From: Patescibacteria group bacterium
GTDB taxonomy: Bacteria; Patescibacteriota; Minisyncoccia; Phycocordibacterales; Phycocordibacteraceae
DNA length: 64,000 nt
Assembly: GCA_018970425.1 (NCBI GenBank)
Contig: JAGWWK010000001.1
Coordinates: forward strand, 49,004-113,003
Direction: 5' to 3'
Position numbers and translations under genes: made by a program
Notes under the pieces: model-generated
Seen by the model: the letters and a program-made list of their open reading frames with translations, nothing else
Told to the model about the DNA's origin: nothing
The model's database searches: none
Shown: piece by piece, positions 1 through 9,624 of the stretch
Position numbering within the stretch: position 1 is the stretch's first letter
How the letters are laid out: each line of letters starts with the position of its first letter

Positions 1-1
1 C

Positions 2-697
2 GAGTTCCTCGGCTTTATTCTCGCAGAGGATGGGCGCAAAATGAGCAAGCGTTGGGCTAACGTTATAAATCCGAACGATGTGATAGACACGTTCGGTGCG
101 GATGCGTTTAGAACCTATGAGATGTTTATGGGTCCGTTTGAAAATACGATCGCTTGGTCGACCAATGGGCTCGTTGGTACGCGCAGGTTCATCGAGCGTC
201 TGTACCGCGCTCAGGAATACGTCGTGTCCGAGCATGTGCCTCAGCTTGATGTCGCGCTGAACGCCACTATCAAGAAGGTGGGTGATGACATTGCCGATTT
301 TAAATTCAACACAGCGGTGTCGCAGATGATGATTTTGCAAAACGAAATCGATACGATTAAGAAAATTGGAAAGGATCAGTACGCAACATATTTGAAGCTA
401 GTAGCACCATTTGCACCGCATGTTACTGAGGAGCTCTGGCACGAGCTCGGACACACAAGTTCGATACATCTCGAGCCTTGGCCTGAGTACGATGAGGCAA
501 AGCTGGTCTCAAATACGGTGACTATTGCAGTCCAGGTGGCAGGTAAGACACGCGGAACGGTGGCTCTCAGCCGTGGAGCAGGGGAGGAGGAGGTGCTTTC
601 AGCAATCTTCAGCGACCCGAAGCTCATGGTTCACGCTCCAGAAAAACCTACAAAAGTAGTCTTTGTCAAAGACCGAATCATCAACCTCATCCCATAG
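2..697 (+). CDS. leuS: Leucine--tRNA ligase, C-terminal part (5'-truncated by window edge)
   Basis: GRKMSKRW (KMSKS motif), FGADAFRTYEMFMGP, FNTAVS, APFAPHVTEELW, VQVAGKTRG; frame open from base 2. Confidence 0.95.
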   Translation, partial: EFLGFILAEDGRKMSKRWANVINPNDVIDTFGADAFRTYEMFMGPFENTIAWSTNGLVGTRRFIERLYRAQEYVVSEHVPQLDVALNATIKKVGDDIADFKFNTAVSQMMILQNEIDTIKKIGKDQYATYLKLVAPFAPHVTEELWHELGHTSSIHLEPWPEYDEAKLVSNTVTIAVQVAGKTRGTVALSRGAGEEEVLSAIFSDPKLMVHAPEKPTKVVFVKDRIINLIP

Positions 698-708
698 TTG
701 CTCGGGGC

Positions 709-717
709 TGTGGATAA
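709..717 (-). promoter_or_regulatory. Single perfect DnaA box
   Basis: TGTGGATAA = reverse complement of TTATCCACA, intergenic, upstream of an AT-rich promoter region. Confidence 0.5.
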
Positions 718-795
718 CTTTCAGGGTTTTGACGGGGGAGTTGATTTGTGCTATAAATATATGGTATAGTTTCATCGTTACTACACTAACTACTC

Positions 796-1836
796 ATGGC
801 CAAGCTTACATTCAAGCCAAAAGACGTCTCAAAGCGGCTCGTCGACATTCTCCCGGAGCGCTCTAAAGACGTCATCACTTCCCGCTATGGCCTATTGGGT
901 AAAAAGCAGTCTGAAACTCTCGACGCTATTGGCAAACGCTATGGTATTACACGCGAGCGCGTGCGACAGATCGAGAATCACGCCCTCAAACAGATTCAAG
1001 ACTCCCCTGTCCTAGTCAAAGAAACTGACTCTCTGACTCAACTTGAGGCAGCGATTCGCGAACTGGGTGCCGTGCTACCAGAACACACTATCCTCTCTGA
1101 GTTCGCAACAGACCCTGAAACCCAAAATCACCTCTATTTCCTTCTGGTTGTCGGCAAGCCGTTCGCTCATCGCAAGGAGGACGATCACTTCAAGCGACGC
1201 TGGTACGTCGACGAGTCAGTAGCAAAAGCCGTCGAGGATGCGCTGAAGACCGTCCATGGCAAGGTTAAGTCAACTGATGTCGTGACCGAGGATATGCTGG
1301 TCGACCATGTGCTCTCGTGCATGGAGCGCGTAAATATGAAGTATAAAAATGCGGAGACAGCGAAGCGCTGGCTGGAGCTCTCCTCATGCCTTATGCGTAA
1401 TCCTCTCGGCGAGTGGGGTCGCACTACTGCGCCTGGCATCAAGCTCAAGAATATCCGTGACCATGCGTACGTAGTCTTGAAGCGCCACGGCTCCCCTATG
1501 CACTTCCGTGAAGTCGCGAAGGCAATTGAAAAGACCTTTGGGAAAAAGGCTCATCAAGCTACGACGCACAACGAACTCATTAAGGATGCGGAGCGCTTTG
1601 TTCTTGTCGGGCGCGGGCTGTACGCCTTGAAGGAGTGGGGGTATCGCTCAGGACACGTCATCGACATCATCAAGGCAAATCTCGCGGAACATGGTCCAAT
1701 GACACAAGAGGCAATCATCAAGGCGGTAGGCAAGGAGCGACATGTAAAGCGTAACACCATACTTGTAAACCTTTTGAATAGTAAAGAGATACTCAAGCAG
1801 AAAGACGGAACGTACGCGCTCGCTACAAAACGCTAA
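796..1836 (+). CDS. Sigma70 region-4 HTH plus HARE-HTH/RNAP delta-like domain protein
   Basis: TLDAIGKRYGITRERVRQIE (sigma region 4.2); C-terminal PMHFREV...HNELIKD..RFVLVGRGLYALKEW winged helix; no sigma region 2. Confidence 0.75.
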   Translation: MAKLTFKPKDVSKRLVDILPERSKDVITSRYGLLGKKQSETLDAIGKRYGITRERVRQIENHALKQIQDSPVLVKETDSLTQLEAAIRELGAVLPEHTILSEFATDPETQNHLYFLLVVGKPFAHRKEDDHFKRRWYVDESVAKAVEDALKTVHGKVKSTDVVTEDMLVDHVLSCMERVNMKYKNAETAKRWLELSSCLMRNPLGEWGRTTAPGIKLKNIRDHAYVVLKRHGSPMHFREVAKAIEKTFGKKAHQATTHNELIKDAERFVLVGRGLYALKEWGYRSGHVIDIIKANLAEHGPMTQEAIIKAVGKERHVKRNTILVNLLNSKEILKQKDGTYALATKR

Positions 1837-1870
1837 GCCGACTCCCCTTGCGCTTTGGTATCATGCGCAT

Positions 1871-3109
1871 ATGCGATACCGAGCACTACTCCGCGCTCTG
1901 GCGTTGGGAATACCTACCGTCACACTTCTTCTCATTTACTTCGCGCCATACGTAGCGGCATTTCTCTACACGGTACTCGCCGCTCTCGCTCCGCTCTGGC
2001 TCCCAGTGCTCCTTTTGGTAGTGCTCTGGCCGCTGTGGTTGCGCACAGTGCGATCCCTCTACGTTTCGCGTATACGATATGTGACGCTCGAGCTTAAGCC
2101 CGGTGCGCAGACACCGCGATCTGCGCATCCGATGGAGCTCATTCTGTACTCGCTCTACTTCCGGACAGATGTGTCGCGGGCGAGCGCACTTTGGCGCGGC
2201 GTTGTCCGCGTGCCATGGTCGTTTGATGTGGTCGCAACGAACGGCTCAGTTCGTTTTTTTGTACATGTGCCGGAGAAGCATCGACCCGCTGTTGAGGGCC
2301 GTATCCGCGCAGAGTATCGCGACATAGATATTGACGAAGTGACTGACTATGCACGCGAAATACCATTTAGTCCGTTTGAATGGCGACTCGTGATGCGTGA
2401 GTACGCTCTTGAAAAAAGCGACGCGTATCCGATCCGCACATATGTTGCCGATGAGCATGGAAAAACTCGTAGAGACACATTCCTTGAGCTCGTTGAAGAG
2501 CTGTCGGGCCTCGGTCCTGAGGAACACATATGGATCTCGTACCTTATTCGGCCGCACCAAAGAGACTGGTCCCCGGGCTTTTGGGGCTTTCTTGAGGTTC
2601 CGCGGGATACGCTTCACGAGGATGCATCTCGGGCGATCGCTGCGATCATCGGTCCCTCCGGCGATATGCGCAAGCTTCCGCATTCACAGCAAGAGCTCAT
2701 TGAGCGCATTGAACATGCACTTTCTAAGCCATCGTTTGATACCGGCATTCGTGCAATGTACATCGCACGACGCAATGCGTTCGATGACCGGCGAGCAAGT
2801 ACACTTGATACCCTCTTTGATACGTTTGACGATCCGGTATTGAACGGTATTGCACCCTACGATCCGCGCGAGCGGGTCCCGTGGCCACTTTCTGATGTAT
2901 TTCGCGCTGTACCGATCCTAGATATGGAGTACTTTTTGTCACTGTATCGTCGTCGTGCGTTTTTCGCCCCGCCGTATTATGGTGCGCCGAGCATCTTTAA
3001 TACTGAAGAATTAGCGACTCTCTTCCATCTGCCGCGTGCTGGGAAAACAAGTTCTCTGTCACGAGCGGGCGGCTCTCTCCTTACGCCTCCTGACAATCTG
3101 CCGCTCTAG
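1871..3109 (+). CDS. Conserved CPR-type membrane-anchored hypothetical protein
   Basis: 412 aa, two N-terminal TM segments, C-terminal NTEELATLFHLP; TGg-TATCAT 6 nt before ATG. Confidence 0.7.
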   Translation: MRYRALLRALALGIPTVTLLLIYFAPYVAAFLYTVLAALAPLWLPVLLLVVLWPLWLRTVRSLYVSRIRYVTLELKPGAQTPRSAHPMELILYSLYFRTDVSRASALWRGVVRVPWSFDVVATNGSVRFFVHVPEKHRPAVEGRIRAEYRDIDIDEVTDYAREIPFSPFEWRLVMREYALEKSDAYPIRTYVADEHGKTRRDTFLELVEELSGLGPEEHIWISYLIRPHQRDWSPGFWGFLEVPRDTLHEDASRAIAAIIGPSGDMRKLPHSQQELIERIEHALSKPSFDTGIRAMYIARRNAFDDRRASTLDTLFDTFDDPVLNGIAPYDPRERVPWPLSDVFRAVPILDMEYFLSLYRRRAFFAPPYYGAPSIFNTEELATLFHLPRAGKTSSLSRAGGSLLTPPDNLPL

Positions 3110-3110
3110 T

Positions 3111-4001
3111 ATGCGCGCGATTATTGGAACAGTAGTAATAGGAGTTGTCGCCTTCGGGTATCTTTTTGTGGTGAGCGCCCCGCTGCCGTATCCGGTCGGG
3201 GAGGTTCTCAAGGTCGAGCGCGGCCAGACTATTGCGTCAATTGAGCGCGAACTTATGGATCTGAGAGCGATTCGGACTCCCTATGTGTTTTCAGTATGTG
3301 CGCGATTTTTTGGCCCATCACGTGCGGGGTGGTACGCGCTTCATGCGCCAGAGGATGCGTGCATGCTCGCGTATCGCCTAGCGCGGGGAGATACACGACT
3401 CGCAGCACTCAGGATCACGATTCCTGAAGGCTACACTGCCCGTGAGATATCAGAACTCGTGGGTGGTCCCATCGATTCAAATCTTGAAGGATACCTGTTT
3501 CCAGATACGTATGTCATCATTCCCGGAACGCCAGTCGGGGAAATAGTCTCGCACCTGCGCGCGCGCTATGAAGAAGCAGTTGCTCCGCTCCGTCCTGAAA
3601 TACTCGCGAGCGGGCGTACGGAACAGGAAATTCTGACTATGGCATCGATTTTGGAAAAAGAAGCCCGGCTGCCGGAGACGCGACGCATTGTTGCAGGTAT
3701 CCTTTGGAAACGTCTTGATATGGGTATGCCACTTCAAGTTGATGCAGTCTTCGGATACATCCGCGGCATTGATACTTACAGCCCGTCCTTTGCAGACCTT
3801 GAAATTGACTCGCCATACAATACCTACAAAAATGCCGGACTACCACCTGGTCCTATTAATAATCCCGGTATCGATACTATCCGTGCTGCACTGGAGCCTG
3901 AGCCGTCACCATACCTCTACTACTTGACCGGTGCGGACGGGACCATGCACTATGCGCGAACGTTTACAGAACATGTCGCAAACCGTAAGTACTTACGCTA
4001 G
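3111..4001 (+). CDS. mltG: Endolytic transglycosylase MltG
   Basis: ITIPEG, LEGYLFPDTY, MASILEKE, LQVDA, SPYNTY..GLPPGPINNPG; start moved to ATG 3111 (N-terminal TM). Confidence 0.93.
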   Translation: MRAIIGTVVIGVVAFGYLFVVSAPLPYPVGEVLKVERGQTIASIERELMDLRAIRTPYVFSVCARFFGPSRAGWYALHAPEDACMLAYRLARGDTRLAALRITIPEGYTAREISELVGGPIDSNLEGYLFPDTYVIIPGTPVGEIVSHLRARYEEAVAPLRPEILASGRTEQEILTMASILEKEARLPETRRIVAGILWKRLDMGMPLQVDAVFGYIRGIDTYSPSFADLEIDSPYNTYKNAGLPPGPINNPGIDTIRAALEPEPSPYLYYLTGADGTMHYARTFTEHVANRKYLR

Positions 4002-4038
4002 TCGTTGTATTTTTTCCCGTGGAGCGTAGGATGCAGGC

Positions 4039-5040
4039 ATGGCACGGGTATTTGTAGGCCTATCCGGTGGCGTTGATAGCGCCGTCGCCGCACACCTTCT
4101 TATCGAGGAAGGACATGACGTTACTGGTGTGTTTATACGCGGGTGGGAGCCGGATTTTCTGGCGTGCAGTGGGGCTGCGGATCGCTTGAGCGCCATGCAG
4201 GTAGCCGCGCACCTAGGTATACCATTTCGAACCTATGACCTATCAGAGGAGTACAAAGCGTCAGTAGTCGATGCGTTTGTCGCTGAGTATCGCGCAGGAA
4301 GGACGCCGAATCCAGATGTCTTGTGTAATCGGTTCATAAAATTCGGCAGTGCATGGGAGCGTGCGCGCGCGGACGGAGCAGAGTATTTCGCGACAGGTCA
4401 TTACGCTGACACGAACGGTGCTGTGTTGCGCGCAGCGCGCGATGCAACAAAAAATCAAACGTACTTTCTTTGGACACTCACTCGAGCGGACCTTGAGCAC
4501 ACGCGTTTTCCGCTCGGGAAGATGTTGAAGACCGAAGTACGCGCGCTCGCTCGACGCGTGCGCCTGCCGAACGCCGCGCGTAAAGACTCGCAAGGTCTTT
4601 GTTTTCTCGGAGATGTCGACATGCACCGGTTTCTCAAGCGGTACTTGCCGAGTGAGCCGGGACCGATACTCTACAACGGAGCGACTATTGGCACACATGA
4701 CGGCTCTTGGTTTTACACTCTCGGCCAGCACGTTGCTGCCTCATCAAAAGAGCGCCTGTATGTGGTAGATAAGCGCGGCAATGAGCTGATCGTGAGCGAG
4801 ACGCCCGCTCCGCTCACGCAAGCGACCACGTGCACGCTTCTCAGCGAGAGCTATGTTTCAGGACAGCCTCCGCAGGGCATTGTTCGCGCCGAGTACCGGT
4901 ATCATGGGCCGCAGGTGCGGGCGACTGTAGATCAGTCGATCGTGACATTTGAAAAACCGGTTCTAGTAGCAAAAGGGCAGTCAGTCGTCTTTTACGATCA
5001 GCAGGGAGTGGTCTGCTACGGAGGCGGTATTGTTGCTTGA
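4039..5040 (+). CDS. mnmA: tRNA 2-thiouridylase MnmA
   Basis: LSGGVDSAV PP-loop, TPNPDVLCN, ATGHYA, KDSQGLCF, GQSVVFY. Confidence 0.95.
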   Translation: MARVFVGLSGGVDSAVAAHLLIEEGHDVTGVFIRGWEPDFLACSGAADRLSAMQVAAHLGIPFRTYDLSEEYKASVVDAFVAEYRAGRTPNPDVLCNRFIKFGSAWERARADGAEYFATGHYADTNGAVLRAARDATKNQTYFLWTLTRADLEHTRFPLGKMLKTEVRALARRVRLPNAARKDSQGLCFLGDVDMHRFLKRYLPSEPGPILYNGATIGTHDGSWFYTLGQHVAASSKERLYVVDKRGNELIVSETPAPLTQATTCTLLSESYVSGQPPQGIVRAEYRYHGPQVRATVDQSIVTFEKPVLVAKGQSVVFYDQQGVVCYGGGIVA

Positions 5041-5091
5041 CGCTCCGGCTCAGGGTGCTACTATCGACTCTTAACCTTAACAAGTGGTCAC

Positions 5092-5217
5092 ATGCTGCTG
5101 AGTAATCAGACCGAAGCGCCGAGCGCCTTCACGGAAAGTCCTTTCTGTTTTTTAACGCTTGCAGTCATAGCGGGTGCGCTCTTGTTTCTAAACCGCAACG
5201 GCGAATCGCCTCGCTAG
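5092..5217 (+). CDS. Putative 41-aa single-TM micro-protein
   Basis: Hand translation MLLSNQTEAPSAFTESPFCFLTLAVIAGALLFLNRNGESPR fills the intergenic gap. Confidence 0.35.
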   Translation: MLLSNQTEAPSAFTESPFCFLTLAVIAGALLFLNRNGESPR

Positions 5218-5232
5218 TGATATGATGGCAGT

Positions 5233-6054
5233 ATGCCAGAGATAGTTAAAGGCGACGGTTCTCGCGAGCTTTTTAACATCAACAAGCTCGCTGACTCGCT
5301 CATTCGATCAGGTGCTCCGCGCGACCTCGCCATCCGCGTTGCCGAGAACATCGGCTCGACGGTCATTGACGGGATGACGACGCAGGAGATTTACCGCGAC
5401 GCGTACCGCCTGCTCCACAAGGAAGAACGCACGGTAGCGGCCCGCTACTCGATGCGTCGAGCAATACTCGATCTCGGACCGTCCGGTTTCCCGTTTGAGG
5501 ATTACGTATCTGAGCTTATGCGCGCGCGAGGGTATGCCGTGCAAACGCGCGTTATGGTCCCGGGTAAGTGCGCTGATCACGAAGTGGATATCGTCATGCG
5601 CAAGGACAATCGTGTCATCGGTGCGGAGCTTAAGTTTCATAACGAGCCAGGGTACAAAACCGACATCAAGGTAGCGCTGTACGTGCGTGCGCGTTTTTCA
5701 GATATTGAAGCGCGAGGTGAGTCGAGCGGTGAGTCGCACATCCACGAGGGGTGGCTCATAACAAACACCAAGTTTACTGACAATGCTATTGCCTACGCCA
5801 AGTGCGCCGGCATCCATCTCCTTGGCTGGGACTACCCAGAGCGAGGAAATCTTGACGACATTGTGAAAGAAACAAGACTTTACCCCGTCACGGTACTGAC
5901 GTCGCTGACAAGCGCTGAAAAGACTCGCCTCCTCGCCGCGAACATGCCGCTGTGCCACACCGTGGTCGATCCAGAGGCGCTCCGCCGCGCCGGAATACCT
6001 GAGAAAAAGATTGCCGGAGTCATTGCGGAGAGTACGCGCATTTGCAGCATCTAA
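5233..6054 (+). CDS. ATP-cone domain fused to Mrr-like restriction endonuclease domain
   Basis: IVKGDGSRELFNINKLADSL (ATP cone); GFPFEDYV, HEVDIV, AELKFH, LITNTKFT (PD-(D/E)xK Mrr-like). Confidence 0.8.
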   Translation: MPEIVKGDGSRELFNINKLADSLIRSGAPRDLAIRVAENIGSTVIDGMTTQEIYRDAYRLLHKEERTVAARYSMRRAILDLGPSGFPFEDYVSELMRARGYAVQTRVMVPGKCADHEVDIVMRKDNRVIGAELKFHNEPGYKTDIKVALYVRARFSDIEARGESSGESHIHEGWLITNTKFTDNAIAYAKCAGIHLLGWDYPERGNLDDIVKETRLYPVTVLTSLTSAEKTRLLAANMPLCHTVVDPEALRRAGIPEKKIAGVIAESTRICSI

Positions 6055-6057
6055 CGT

Positions 6058-6894
6058 ATGGCGTGGGCAAGCAAAACATTTGATCCGGGTGCGTCGGAGC
6101 CGTTCAAGTTAAGCCGGTCAAAACTGGACCTTTTTACCGACTGCCCACGCTGCGCGTACCTTGATTTGCGTCTCGGTGTGAAGCGCGTCTCCGGACCATC
6201 TTTCACGCTCAATAACGCGGTTGACGAGCTTCTAAAGCGTGAATTCGACGCGCATCGCGTGCGAGGGACCGTGCATCCGCTTGCTGCAGCTTATGGCGTC
6301 AATGCGCGCCCGTTCGATGATCCGCGTATGGAAGAGTGGCGCGATGCCCTGAGGCGAGGGATCGCTACGCATCATAAGCCATCCAACCTTATTCTGCGCG
6401 GCGGTGTGGATGATGTGTGGCAAACGGACGCAGGGGAGCTCATCATCGTAGACTATAAGGCCACATCTAAAAAAGAAGCGCCAAAAACTGCGGGCGATCT
6501 GTACGACTCATATAAAAAGCAGATTGAGATTTATCAGTGGCTATTTCGGCAAAACGGATTTTCCGTATCTCCGACTGCCTACTTTGTGTATGTTAACGGA
6601 CGATCCGATGCTGTGGCGTTCGACGCCAAGCTCGAATTTGATGTGAACTTGATCGCCTATACAGGTAACGACTCATGGGTCGATGATGCGCTCATGCGGC
6701 TGAAGGAAATGCTCATGAGTGAAGAGATTCCGAAAATGGGCACAGCATTCGGTGGGGGTCCATGCGACTTTTGTACCTATCGCGAGGCAGCTGGCAAAGC
6801 ACTTCTTGCGCAGCATGGCACGGTACGTGAGAGTAAGAAGAAAGAGGAAGAAAAACCGCGAAAGCCGGCTCTCGGGACCGGATCATTGTTCTAG
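6058..6894 (+). CDS. PD-(D/E)XK nuclease (Cas4/AddB-like, solo)
   Basis: LSRSK..CPRC, GGVDDVW, IIVDYK, QIEIY, C-terminal CDFC. Confidence 0.8.
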   Translation: MAWASKTFDPGASEPFKLSRSKLDLFTDCPRCAYLDLRLGVKRVSGPSFTLNNAVDELLKREFDAHRVRGTVHPLAAAYGVNARPFDDPRMEEWRDALRRGIATHHKPSNLILRGGVDDVWQTDAGELIIVDYKATSKKEAPKTAGDLYDSYKKQIEIYQWLFRQNGFSVSPTAYFVYVNGRSDAVAFDAKLEFDVNLIAYTGNDSWVDDALMRLKEMLMSEEIPKMGTAFGGGPCDFCTYREAAGKALLAQHGTVRESKKKEEEKPRKPALGTGSLF

Positions 6895-6926
6895 AGACGT
6901 AGAAACTGCAAGGAGCATGAGTCCTT

Positions 6927-7655
6927 CTACCGCCAGTCGATGGCGCCACGGCCGTGCGCTACTAAGTATTCATTAGCTCGCGCAAAGTGATTGTTACCGA
7001 AAAAGCCTCGATGCGCGGAGAGTGGTGACGGGTGCGCTGATTCAAGTATGAGGTGTTTAGTGCTATCGATGAGGTGAGCTTTTTTACGCGCGTACGACCC
7101 CCAGAGCAAAAAAACGACATGCTCCGCTGCGTCGGAAACTCCTTTGATCACGGCATCCGTAAACTGATGCCAGCCGTATTCTGCATGCGAGTTTGCTAAA
7201 CCGCTTTCGACCGAGAGTGATGCATTGAGAAGTAATACACCCTGTTCTGCGAAGCGAGTAAGATCCGGGTCATTGGCGGTAGCGAAGCCTTCTCGACGGA
7301 GCTCCTTAAAAATATTTGCGAGGGAGGGCGGGACGCGCGCGCCTGCGCGCGCCGAAAATGCGAGTCCGTCGGCGACGCCCGGGGTGTGGTACGGATCCTG
7401 ACCAAGGATCACTACGCGCACATCGGCAGGTGCAATCATGAACGCTCGCGCGAGATCTGCCCTATTGGGTAGTGCGGTACCGGCGCGGTACGCGCGCTCA
7501 ACTTTCTCTTGAAGTGCCAAGAAGTATGGCTTTTCAAATTCCGAGCTGAGGAGGCTCGTCCACTCCGGCCCAAGCGTCAGTGGTGCGGTACTCGGCCGAG
7601 AGGTGTCTGAGCTACCAGATGTGCGCACGTTTTTCCGGGGGGCGATAGAGAGCAT
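6927..7655 (-). CDS. ung: Uracil-DNA glycosylase (family 1)
   Basis: VILGQDPYH, GLAFS, PPSL.NI, GVLLLN, HPSPLS; start uncertain. Confidence 0.95.
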   Translation of the reverse strand: MLSIAPRKNVRTSGSSDTSRPSTAPLTLGPEWTSLLSSEFEKPYFLALQEKVERAYRAGTALPNRADLARAFMIAPADVRVVILGQDPYHTPGVADGLAFSARAGARVPPSLANIFKELRREGFATANDPDLTRFAEQGVLLLNASLSVESGLANSHAEYGWHQFTDAVIKGVSDAAEHVVFLLWGSYARKKAHLIDSTKHLILESAHPSPLSAHRGFFGNNHFARANEYLVAHGRGAIDWR

Positions 7656-9573
7656 CGCCTTCAGTCACGTTGTACGTGTCGTAAAAGCCCGGCACATGCG
7701 CGAGCGGTCCATTGATCCTAAACTCCGCGGGCGAGTGTGGGTCCGTGAGGATAGCCGTTTTCGCGAACTCAAGCCGTGACACTTCTTTTTCCTGCTGAGC
7801 GAAGCCAAGAAAGAAACGCTCTTCCGGCGTGAAGCCGCCTACGGTCGTGCGCCCGTGCTTGTCGAGCCACCGTTGGTATGCATCAAACGCGATGACTGCG
7901 CCGCCGAGGTCCGCAATATTTTCTCCAAGCGTCAGTTGGCCGTTCACCGGTACGCCATCGATCGAGAAACCACCGTACTGCTCGACAAGGAGGGCAGCCT
8001 TCGCTTCAAATCTGGCACGGTCCTCAGGAGTCCACCAGCTCTTCATGTTTCCTCGCTCATCAAATTTTGAGCCTTGGTCATCAAACGCGTGGGTAAGCTC
8101 GTGCCCGATCACTGAGCCGATGGCTCCAAAGTTCACACCCATATCGCCCTCGGGATCAAAAAACGGTGGCTGGAGAATTGCTGCAGGAAATACAATTTCA
8201 TTCAGGGAAAAGCTGCAGTATGCATTGACAGTCTGCGGCGTCATAAACCACTCGGTCCGGTCAACTTTTTTACCGAGCTTTTTAAGCTCGCGGCGATGCT
8301 CATATTCTGAGGAGCGTACGATATTGCCAAAGTAATCGTTAGGCGAGAGCTCAAGTCCTCGGTACGTGCGTCCTCGTTCTGGACTACCGATTTTTCGCTG
8401 CACTGCGCGCAGTTTGCGTACAGCGAATTTTTTTGTCTTTGGACTCATCCAGTCAAGCGTTCGCATCCGGCGCTCGTAAGCCTGAAACAAATCGTCTACG
8501 AGCTCATGCATGCGCGAGGCGGCGCGCTTTGTAAAGTGCGTGCGTACGTAGAGGCGCCCGAGCGCAAATCCTACGGTTCCGTTCACCGACGCGAGTGAGC
8601 GACGCCACAGCGGCTTCATTGACTTGAGTCCGTACAGAGTTTTGCCATAGAAGGCAAAGCTAGCACGAGCAATTCGTGGCGTAAGATATGGCGCCGCTTC
8701 GAGGAACAGGTGGAAGCGAACATAGGTCTTTATGTCATCTACCGGTACATCCGTAATGAGGCGAGCCGCTGCTTCAATAAAGTCGGGTTGCGCGACAATC
8801 GCGTAGTCGAGTGTTGTGACGCCGGCGTTACGCAGGTACGACTCGATAGGGAATGGTTTGCAGAGCGCAATAAGCTTTTTCAGCGTGAGCTTGTGATATG
8901 TTTTGTCAGCATCGCGCGCATCTTCTTTGCGCATACTTGCGCTTGCAAGAGCCGTTTCCACTTTAAGAACCGTGTCTCTCGCGCGCTCTGCGTCAGCCCG
9001 GGAGAGCCCCAGAAGCTGATGCATTGTTACAACGAAGTTTCGATACGCAGACCGAACGCGTTCAAACTCAGCACCTGACTCCAAGTAGTACTCACGATCT
9101 GGCATACCGAGACCTGACTGAAAGAAGTGGAGCGCATACCGTTCACTATTCCGCGCGTCCTGATCTATCGCAAACGCCCATGGTACGCCGATCCCAAAGC
9201 GTTCTAAGTCACCAAGCGTTCGAGCGAGTGAAGCGACATCGTGTATTGCGTCAATCTTCGCGAGATACGGGGCAAGTGGTCTAATGCCGAGCGCACGCCG
9301 TTTTGACTCATCCATACCGGAGCGATACATCGCCGCGACGAGCGCCTCGTCAGACCCCTTTTTAGGCCTAGAGCGAGCACATGCTTCAACTATCGCCCGA
9401 AGCTCATCATCAGTCCGGCGACGCAGAATGTTAAAGGACCCCCAGCGAGCCTCAGTGTGGGGGATTTTCGCGCTATCGACCCATGACCCTACAGCGTACC
9501 GATAAAAGTCGTCCTGCGGCCGTACTCCCCGGTTCATAGCTTTGAGGTCAAACCCCCACGATCGGTGCTTCAT
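7612..9573 (-). CDS. pepO: M13 family metallopeptidase (PepO/neprilysin-like)
   Basis: VNAY, GHELTHAFD, GENIADLGG, DPHSP..FRING; start set at ATG 9573 with TACACT 6 nt upstream. Confidence 0.92.
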   Translation of the reverse strand: MKHRSWGFDLKAMNRGVRPQDDFYRYAVGSWVDSAKIPHTEARWGSFNILRRRTDDELRAIVEACARSRPKKGSDEALVAAMYRSGMDESKRRALGIRPLAPYLAKIDAIHDVASLARTLGDLERFGIGVPWAFAIDQDARNSERYALHFFQSGLGMPDREYYLESGAEFERVRSAYRNFVVTMHQLLGLSRADAERARDTVLKVETALASASMRKEDARDADKTYHKLTLKKLIALCKPFPIESYLRNAGVTTLDYAIVAQPDFIEAAARLITDVPVDDIKTYVRFHLFLEAAPYLTPRIARASFAFYGKTLYGLKSMKPLWRRSLASVNGTVGFALGRLYVRTHFTKRAASRMHELVDDLFQAYERRMRTLDWMSPKTKKFAVRKLRAVQRKIGSPERGRTYRGLELSPNDYFGNIVRSSEYEHRRELKKLGKKVDRTEWFMTPQTVNAYCSFSLNEIVFPAAILQPPFFDPEGDMGVNFGAIGSVIGHELTHAFDDQGSKFDERGNMKSWWTPEDRARFEAKAALLVEQYGGFSIDGVPVNGQLTLGENIADLGGAVIAFDAYQRWLDKHGRTTVGGFTPEERFFLGFAQQEKEVSRLEFAKTAILTDPHSPAEFRINGPLAHVPGFYDTYNVTEGDALYRPPEKRAHIW

Positions 9574-9624
9574 AGGGGCAGTGTAGCGCATTCACATTCA
9601 AGAGAAAAATGGTACAGTATTTCT

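Noticed and set aside
698-795. Replication origin
   Set aside because: Only one perfect DnaA box and no dnaA/dnaN nearby
6058-6894. Cas4-like nuclease as evidence of CRISPR-Cas
   Set aside because: No repeat-spacer array or other cas genes anywhere in the window
9565-9624. N-terminal extensions predicted by the ORF track (alaS, aspS, dnaB, mraZ, rmuC, yqeY, mltG)
   Set aside because: The extensions overlap promoters or neighbouring genes; downstream ATGs match family N-termini and, except for mltG, the -10 spacing
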